Positions 25,530-34,107 of a stretch of 64,000 nt of DNA are shown in pieces; the stretch's first letter is position 1, and each line of letters starts with the position of its first letter. The position numbers and the translations under genes were made by a program. The stretch covers positions 1,426,001-1,490,000 of the forward strand of contig NC_043006.1 of the NCBI RefSeq assembly GCF_006345805.1, written 5' to 3'. The notes below the pieces were generated by a model. That model saw nothing but the letters and a program-made list of their open reading frames with translations. It did not search any database and had not been told where the DNA came from. The stretch is from Octopus sinensis (Eukaryota).

Positions 25530-25903
25530 GTATAAGTCCATCTCAAAATATAGATTAAATACTATAAGATGTCCTACGCTTCTTGCCAACTCATCGACCT
25601 GTCCTGCTACGACTAATTCCGATTGATTTTGACTAGATTCAAAATCAATATCTGTAAGGGTATGACGTAATAGATTAAAGCAAGCCCCACATTGATGAAA
25701 AATAAAGGTGACATTTGAACTCCATATATAATTGAACATGATTTAACAACTGAACGTCTCAGAGTTATATAAGGAAATACAACTGTACCAACCGCTGCAG
25801 AAATAGGCTTTCGTTCGTACAACCATGATCGGGTTTCGATATATTTTCTCACGTTGCTTCTAGCAAAACGCAAGAAAACATGTACATAACTCGCTCGCCT
25901 TTT

Positions 25904-26084
<181 letters not shown>

Positions 26085-26489
26085 TAAAGCAGATACTGAA
26101 AAGAAAAGACAAAAGATGAAAATTTTTCCATAAAATCTGAATTCAAGCATCTAAATGTTAAATTCTAATGAAAATCTATTTAATCGAACTGCTAAATGTC
26201 AAAATTAATTTGATTTTGCTGTTGTTGTTGTTCTTCTTCTTCTTCTTCTTCTTCTTGGTGTTGTTGTTGTTGTTGTTGTTGTTCAGTTGCATAGGTCAAC
26301 GGTGATTAATTAAACGGAAACGCAAAGTGAAATTTTTAACATTATAGATTCAAAATCCTTATATTTTACCTGATAACAATGGCGGTATTTTAATTAAAGA
26401 GATCAAAACCTGGCCTCATTATTATTTCGTTTTATCAATAACTCGAAGTTTCACACAGGAAAGACATTTTACATATAAATAATATAAAC

Positions 26490-26491
26490 AA

Positions 26492-26583
<92 letters not shown>

Positions 26584-26600
26584 GTAGGTAGGTAGGTAAG

Positions 26601-26671
<71 letters not shown>

Positions 26672-26736
26672 GTAGGTAGGTAGGTAGGTAGATAGATAGA
26701 TAGACAGGCAGACAGACAGATAGATAGATAGGTGGG

Positions 26737-26801
<65 letters not shown>
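26490..26801. repeat. Compound (GATA)/(GACA)/(GGTA)n microsatellite
   Basis: Directly visible. Confidence 0.98.
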
Positions 26802-26852
26802 GTTTATATGTTTAGCAGATTGCTAAACTCGTTAATCTGTCAAACACAGTAC

Positions 26853-27239
26853 GGATCTTTACCTTTTGACCGACAGATTTAGAAAATAAATTTTTGTAAC
26901 TAAACACTTTCAAACTTCGGACACTGGTAGAATGTGTCATATAAAACATCTTAGCGTTTTTGAGAATAGTTTATATTTACGAAGTTATTTCGTGTTAAAG
27001 TTGTCGTATTTTGGTAATTTCAACCAATCGATGACGTGTATTCAGCTGAATAAAATTACTGCCGTTGTTTGTCGGCGGTGTATATTTAACACGAAATAAC
27101 TTCGTAAATATAAACTTTTCTGAAAAACGCTAAGAGTAAAAGATGTTTAATATGACACATTCTACCAGTATTCAAAGTTTGAAAGCATTTAGTTACAAAA
27201 AATTATTTTCTAAATCTGCCGGTCAAAAGGTAAAGATCC
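26853..27239. mobile_element. MITE with about 150-bp TIRs and 8-bp TSD (Merlin- or MULE-like)
   Basis: GGATCTTTTACC...GGTAAAGATCC termini; TSD CACAGTAC at 26845-26852 and 27240-27247; a second, truncated copy starts at 20670. Confidence 0.9.
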
Positions 27240-27650
27240 CACAGTACTTTGAGAAAGTTAGTTACGATCCTTTTAAGTCCAAATCTCGTTAACTTTACTG
27301 TATTTCATTCTTCTGGCGTCGATAAAAAGAACTGAGATTTATTCAATTGACAATGTCCTCTTTCAAAATTTATGGCGTTGTACCAATATAAGAAATCAGT
27401 CTTTTACAGTACAAAGTTTTGAAGCACGCTATACTTCAGTTGCATGGGTTCTTTAAATGATTTCATATTCCTTAACGCTACTTCGAGTCTCAGCTGATAC
27501 CAGTTCCTTTCACAAGTACCTTTGTTACGGTATCAGTTTGTGTCTCTCGAAAATAAGTCCAGCATTCAGAAGGTAACACATTTCTTTTATGTATACTTTT
27601 TTTAATATCATTTCAACAGCTCACACCTTTTAATTTATATACCAACATAT

Positions 27651-27980
27651 AGGCGTGGCTGCGTGGTATGTAGTTTGCTTCCCAACCACGTGGTTCGGAG
27701 TTCAGTCCAACTGCGTGGCATCTCGGGCTAGTGTTTTTTACTACAGCCTCGAGCCGGCCAAAGACTTGTGAGTAGATTTGGTAAACGGAAACTGAAAGAA
27801 GCCTGTCGTATATATGTGTGTGTGTGTGTGTGTGTTCCCCACTACCGTTTGACAACCAGTGTTGGTGTGTTTACGTATCCGTAACTTAGAAAATAAGTAC
27901 ATGGTCGATTAGTTCGACTAGAAAATTCCCCAATGCGCTGCCCCAGCATGGCCGCAATCTAATGACTGAAACAAGTAAAA
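27651..27980 (+). mobile_element. Family A SINE with internal deletion
   Basis: aggcgtggctgcgtggtatg...aatgactgaaacaagtaaaa. Confidence 0.9.
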
Positions 27981-28171
27981 CCTGAGAGATATGTTTACAG
28001 GAAGAAAAGAAAGAAAATAAACATTAAAAGTAAAAGAGATCAAATTATCGAGAAAAAAAAATCTTATAACTGTATCACCAAGGAAACAAAAAAAAAGAGA
28101 GAAAAACGAAGGAAATAAGCAGCAGAAAATGGTGGGGGGAGGAGGGGGAAACGGGTTGTACACCCCAGAAA

Positions 28172-28290
28172 ATGGCGTGTTCAGCTGCGCCGCCCCATGG
28201 ACATGACTGCCAAGGCGTTGCCGCGGAGAATGGCCAGCGGCACTCGCTGCAACAGCCACCCCATCTCGCCGGTTTCATGATGTGGCCCAG
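28172..28290 (+). CDS. Candidate first coding exon of an unidentified gene
   Basis: GC-rich island, AAAATGGCG start context, open frame MACSAAPPHGHDCQ...GFMMWP, donor CAG|GTAACA. Confidence 0.3.
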
Positions 28291-28427
28291 GTAACAAATT
28301 AGCAGGAATGCTGGGATCTTTCCTTTCATCTTTTTCTCTTTTTGTTCTTTGATTGCAAATCCTTCCAGACTCGGTTTTACCTTTCATCCCGACCGTGTTT
28401 CATAAAATAAACAACAAATGCTAATAC

Positions 28428-28843
28428 AGTTCTATATTTAAGAGATGAGGAATTATTTACATTATTTACATTATTTACATTCGACGGATATTTGTCCTCA
28501 TCTTGTTTGTTGTTAACATAACATTTCGGCTGATATACCCTCCAGCCTTCTTCGGGTGTCTTAACCACTACGCCATATGCCCGTGGGCATATGACGTAGT
28601 GGCTAAGAGCGCGGGCTACTAACCCCAAGATTCCGAGTTCGATTCCAATAAGTGGCCTGAACAACAACAACAATAATAATAATAATAATAATAACATCGA
28701 AAAATACCTTCGGGATGAGAACCTAGGTTTGAGATTTACCCAAGACACCTGAAGAAGGCTGGGGGGTATATCAGCCGAAATGTGTTACCAACAAACAAGA
28801 TGAGGACAAATATCCGTTGAATGTAAATAATGTAAATAATGTA
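28428..28843. mobile_element. Head-to-head pair of a tRNA-headed element with a Penelope-type hammerhead tail (H3 family)
   Basis: Plus copy 28585-28843: A-box and B-box head, (AAC/AAT)n, CTGAAGA-A-GGCTGG..TCAGCC-GAAA, (ATGTAAATA)n tail; minus deleted copy 28428-28582. Confidence 0.8.
28745..28786 (+). ncRNA. Minimal type I hammerhead motif, degenerate at the cleavage site
   Basis: acacCTGAAGA A GGCTGG ggggtata TCAGCC GAAA tgtgtt; stem II intact; the CGTT segment is altered relative to other HHR copies in the window. Confidence 0.6.
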
Positions 28844-29105
28844 AGTGCTAATATGTTTGCGATCGATTCAGCTACCTCTGTCTTGTAATGAAGCATTTTC
28901 GTCATGTGCCTGGTTATTCGAAAACAAGCTTTGTTTAGCCTCGTTCTTGTTCTTACAGCAAATAAAGACATTTTCTTTGTTGCCTTTTGTTGTTTTATTT
29001 TTTTTTAGGAATAAAAAATGAATGTCAAACTGAAATTATCGAAGCTACATTGTGATTTCGTTTCATCTTCCCCACCAACATTTGCGGTTTTTTTTTTGTT
29101 TTTTT

Positions 29106-29390
29106 TTATTTACGAGCTACGTCTGTCGTTTTAAACCATCGTGTTTTACAAAAAGTAACCACCTTTGTTTCTGTATGACATATTTTAACTTTAAATATTT
29201 TGACATCTAGATTTACTGACCGGAAAAAATAATGCAAGACATTTTCCACAATATTGATTTCTTGCAAGGCCTCAGCTACAAGGCCTCGTCTGTAGCAGAG
29301 AAGTGAAACGACGTTTTTTGTGATATCCATACGTTTCTTTAAAAAATTAGAGAAGTACGTGACGTGTTTTACGATTCTATTTCGTATCAT
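29106..29390 (-). CDS. Candidate coding exon, unidentified (weak RRM-like pattern)
   Basis: Uninterrupted 94-aa non-repeat ORF (..VENVLHYFFRSVNLDVKIFKVK..VVTF..) with a possible donor C|GTAAAT near its end. Confidence 0.3.
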   Translation of the reverse strand: MIRNRIVKHVTYFSNFLKKRMDITKNVVSLLCYRRGLVAEALQEINIVENVLHYFFRSVNLDVKIFKVKICHTETKVVTFCKTRWFKTTDVARK

Positions 29391-29749
29391 CTCTATATGT
29401 CTGTATTATTTGTTTATCTTTCATTTCCGTTGCAGTTATAGAAAACTTTACATGAAAAGAAGTAGTCAGGATGGGTCTTCTCAATATAATTTTTGTTAAG
29501 AAAATTTCTTTTAGATTTATGGAGTGTCTGATCAATCGCTCGGTAAATCAATCGATCATTCGGCCAGCTAACTTCATCAGAGTCCTTTTGCTGCCGTTTG
29601 CGATGGTGTGTTATTGAGGAGGTCGCAAATGGCGAGAAAGGAACTCTGCTGAAACGAGGTGATTGATCGATCGAACGATAAATAAAAAAGTAATTACTGT
29701 TTTTTGGTTTTTTTTCCTAATCACTATAGATTATTTATATTGGCTTCAA

Positions 29750-30122
29750 ATTTTGGCACAAGGCCAGCAAATTCTAGGAAGTGGCTAAGTCGATTACAAC
29801 TGGTACTTGTTCTATTGACCCCGAAATGATGAAAGGCAAAGTCGACCATGACAGATTTTGAACACAAAACGCGTAGACAGACGAAATACCTATTTCTTTA
29901 CTACCCACAAGGGGCTACACACAGAGAGGACAAACAAGGACAGACAAACGGATTAGGTCGATTATATCGACCCCAATGCGTAACTGGTACTTATTTAATC
30001 GACCCCGAAAGGATGAAAGGCAAAGTTGAGCTCAGCGGAATTTGAACTCAGAACGCAGCGGCGGACGAAATACCATAAAGTATTTTGCCCGGGGCGCTAA
30101 CGATTCTGCCAGTTCCTCGCCG
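29750..30122 (-). mobile_element. Family B SINE dimer
   Basis: Junction acgaaatac|ctatttc at about 29889; two cores. Confidence 0.9.
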
Positions 30123-30594
30123 CATTATTTTACTATTATCTAAATTAATTAGGATAGAGAGAATGACAGAAGCATTTCGTACATTCATCAACCGAGAAAT
30201 TCTTCTGTGAATCAAGTCCCGTCAATAAAGTAAAAAGAATGAATGCAATCTAGATTTCATAACCAGGCTGTTTAGTGCCGAAATCTTTAATCAGAAGGAA
30301 ATTACTTTATGATACATCAAACAACTCTTTTGCCGTGTAAGTGGGTGCCTTCAGAAAAACAGTGTTCAAATGAACTGAAATTCTTCAGTTCATTTCAGTC
30401 CCTTTTGAATCCTGCGGTGAGCTCGCTGTTACAAACCATTGATGAAGACCAACATTTTTCCTACACTACTTGAGAATATAATTTGCAAATAGCCCAGAAA
30501 ATATAAGCACACAGAAATAGTATAGAAAAGTGTTAATAGACTACTCTGTGTGTTAATAGAAGTGAATATACTAATCCACATATACATAAAAATC

Positions 30595-30639
<45 letters not shown>

Positions 30640-30640
<1 letters not shown>

Positions 30641-32668
30641 CCATACCCTTCGTCTTTTCAACTCTTTCTCTTTTCCTCCTGTCCCCTCTAAACTTCTCTT
30701 CACTCTTGACATCAAGAATCTATATACGGTGATCCTACACCACGTAGGACTTCTTGCCATCAAACACTTCCTAGACCTTAGACCAAATCCCCAACCTGAC
30801 ACGTCCACACTTCTTCGTCTGGCCGAACTTGTTCTCTCTCTCAACTGCTTCTCGTTCGCCGGGGAGTTTTACCAATGAATCCCCGGAGTGGCCATGGGAA
30901 CGAGAATGTGACCCAACTATGCGAACCTGTTCGTTGGCTACTTTGAGGCCAAGATTCACTGGTCCCACTCCCGCACTATACGGTCGTTATATTGATGACT
31001 GTATGGGTGTGATCTCGCTCTCCCGCGAACAACTAAACTTCTTCCTCTCTTTTGTCCAATCTTTCCATCCTGCCCTCGAATTCTCCTGTACCATTTCCAA
31101 CACTTCCGTTGCCTTTCTCGACATTTCTGTCAACATACGCAACTCCATTCTCACTACCTCCATCCACTACAAACACACTGACTCACACCCATACCTCAAC
31201 TTCTCCCGCCACCCTACCCACACCAAACTCTCCATCCCCTACTCCCAATTCCTCCGCCTGCGCAGGCTTTGCAGTGACAACCATGACTTTGAGACTCAGT
31301 CTCAACTCATGGCTCGCCATTTCATCCTTTATGGATATCCCCTCACTACTATCCCTTACGAGAGCACGTTCCGTTGACCGTGCCTCTGCTCTCTCTCTCC
31401 CCGCAGCCGCCCCGCCGTTACCATCTCCCGTTTCCCCCCCCCCTACTACCCCCCCCCCAACGCACCATTCTTCGAGCCTTCCAGTGACACCAGTCCGACT
31501 CTTCCATTCGCACATCTCCCCCAACCTACCTTCCCTCTTCAAACGAGCCCACAACCTATGTAGCCTCCTGGTCCACAGTTTCTTCCCTAACCCCACCTCC
31601 CAACCTGGCTCGTTCCCCTACTCCCGCCCACGCTGCCGCATTTGACCCTACCTCTCCAACACCACCATCCTCACAGGCACTCATCATCGTCTCATATCAC
31701 TGATTCCTTTACATGCACTTCTAGCAACGTCATTTACTGCATCTCCTGTTCTTTGTGTCCTTCCCTGTACATCGGTCAACGGGATGCCGTTTGGCTGACT
31801 GGTTCGCGGAGCACCTCCGAGACATTAGACTCGGCAACGAAATCCCGGTCTTGCGCCATTTCCGCTCTACCGGTCATTCATTACAACACCTGTCTGTGTT
31901 CGGATTGTCTTTGCACAGGGCCATCACAACTCCCCCCTTCGCCATGAACAGGAATTAATCTTCTCTTTTCGCTCTTTTGCCCCACACGGACTCAACTCTC
32001 CTCTCTTCATCATCTGACTCCCCTCCTCTCCCCTCTTCAGCTCACACTTCCTCTCTTCCCTCCTACCCACCTTCTCCCTTCATCGATACCCCCTCCATCC
32101 ACACCACACCCCTACACATCCCACTCCCACATGCCCCACCCTTACCCCACATCCTCACATCCCCACACCCCGCCCTCGCATCCCCAACAACGCCACACCA
32201 CATCATGTCACACCACACACCATCACCACATCACATCACACCACCCCGCACGCAATAGCACTAACCACTTCCTAGCACCCACACCATCATCCACACGCCC
32301 ACATATTACAGACGCACACACTTATACACGCACACATCCACACGTCAAAGTCACCAGCCCCTATCCACACGCACGCACACACTCTCACATACACACGCAC
32401 ACGCACCTTCGTTTTGGGATCACCAATACTTTATTATCTCCCCTTCTTCCTAGCTCTCTAACTACCTTTGTCCAGCCAGCCGCTATGATTGACCGCTAGC
32501 TCCTAAAGATTTTTTTAATTCTTTCTCTGTTTATTTCCTCGTGTTCCTTTCTGTTCAAGAGCGTAGGCTCGAAACGTAAAATACTTTCTCACCTTCCCGA
32601 GCTTTAAATTAATACACCCGTTTGTTGTTTATACACTTGTCTTCGTCTTTTGTTTTTCTGTAAATTTC

Positions 32669-32671
<3 letters not shown>
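30640..32671 (+). mobile_element. Penelope-like retroelement (Neptune type), 5'-truncated and decayed, flanked by (TA)n
   Basis: LFTLDIKNLYT, GVAMGTRM*PNYANLF, YGRYIDD, PYSQFLRLRRLCS; GIY-YIG NVIYCISCSLCPSLYIGQ..RLADWFAEHLRDI; tail ends at (TA)20. Confidence 0.95.
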
Positions 32672-32714
<43 letters not shown>

Positions 32715-32872
32715 GAAATTTACAGAAAAACAAAAGACGAAGACAAGTGTATAAACAACAAACGGGTGTATTAATTTAAAGCTCGGGAAGGTGAGAAAGT
32801 CTTTTACGTTTCGAGCCTACGCTCTTCAACAGAAAGGAACACGAGGAAATAAACAGAGAAAGAATTTAAAAA
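32511..32872. repeat. 362-bp palindrome: inverted Penelope 3' tails around (TA)20
   Basis: 161-bp arms (32511-32671 and 32712-32872) with 3 mismatches by manual comparison. Confidence 0.95.
32801..32836 (-). ncRNA. Hammerhead-like motif, H2 family (CUGUUGA core variant)
   Basis: cttt CTGTTGA A GAGC gtag GCTC GAAAC GTA AAAG. Confidence 0.55.
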
Positions 32873-32886
32873 TATATATATATATA

Positions 32887-33437
32887 CAGTGTACATTTAA
32901 ACACCTAGCATGCTAGAAGAAGTAGCCAAAATCCAAACCAGTATTAGGGATAAATTTCGAAGGGAATGAAAAATAAAAACATTTGCCATCTATCTCCTGG
33001 ACCATGGTTTCGAGCTCTAAATTAGCAAATAAAATAATTTGCTACGCGGAGCTTTCTTCAGCAGGTACGCCAAGATTAACATATAAATACGAGGCAATAT
33101 AGCATATGTCACGTGCTTATATATTATAATTTTTCAAATCCACCGCGCAAGCGCAGTTTTTTATCGGCAGCAAATAAAAATAATGCCGGAATTTCTTCGA
33201 AAATTTACCAAAAATTATCAATAATTAATGAATATCAGGGTAAGAAAAAATTTTAGAAATGTTTGCTACTAGTAGCCTAGCATGTAGAAAACCATGATCC
33301 AGGAGATAGGTGGTAAATGTTTTTAGTTTTCACTCCCTTCGAAATTTATCCCTAACAGTGGTTTAGATTTTGGCTACTTCTTCTAGCATGCTAGATGTCC
33401 TATAATGGTCACCTCCTATGTGTTTAAATGTACACTG
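32887..33437. mobile_element. Tc1/mariner-type MITE with about 125-150-bp TIRs and TA TSD
   Basis: TA|CAGTGTACATTTAAACAC ... GTGTTTAAATGTACACTG|TA; the left TIR lacks about 26 bp present in the right. Confidence 0.9.
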
Positions 33438-33525
33438 TATTTATATGAATAATATATAGTCTATTGACTAGTTTTCTACATGATAGATCACTTGTAGTAA
33501 AAATTTCAAAAATTTTTTCTTATCC

Positions 33526-33600
<75 letters not shown>

Positions 33601-33602
<2 letters not shown>

Positions 33603-33765
33603 TTCCTTGGATCTTTCCGTTTCCTATGTTTCTGACGAAGAGCTCCGCTCGAAACGTTAAACCCTCCTTCTTTCCTTCTTTCCTGAGCGTCCAATAATAC
33701 TATATTTGTTCCACGTCCTCGCGTTGTTGTGTTTTCTCTTTGTGTTTTCATGTTTGGATTAACTT

Positions 33766-33770
<5 letters not shown>
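33601..33770 (+). mobile_element. Solo Penelope-type tail (H1 family) between (TA)n and (TG)n
   Basis: Same sequence family as 17421-17517; flanked by microsatellites 33530-33600 and 33765-33835. Confidence 0.8.
33628..33662 (+). ncRNA. Minimal type I hammerhead ribozyme motif, core intact
   Basis: GTTT CTGACGA A GAGC tcc GCTC GAAAC GTT AAAC: stem I GTTT/AAAC, stem II GAGC/GCTC, palindromic AACGTT stem III. Confidence 0.75.
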
Positions 33771-33837
<67 letters not shown>

Positions 33838-34107
33838 TTTAAAAGGTCGGTTAAGTGTCGCTTGTGAGAAACATTGTTTTTAGAATAGAAGCAAAGTATG
33901 TTTAGTTTAGGTTGGATAGTGTGATGGTTTTTACTTTGTTTGAAGTGCATTTCACATTTCTCACACTCCAGCAAAGTAACACATCGAGCGATTTTTAAAT
34001 AAGCCTTTGAGTGGTATTTCTTCTTGGGTGATGAGACTATTATAGAATCAATAACTACATGAATATTGATTTTATTTAAATATTAATCAGCAAAAGTATA
34101 AGATACG

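Noticed and set aside
28585-28650. Possible true tRNA gene, also the heads at 19690-19762 and 13626-13695
   Set aside because: No complete cloverleaf or acceptor stem; each continues into a repeat body, so they are SINE heads.
30368-30395. 12-bp stem AAATGAACTGAA/TTCAGTTCATTT as a terminator or pre-miRNA
   Set aside because: Too short and AT-rich for a pre-miRNA, and intrinsic terminators are not expected here; no supporting context.
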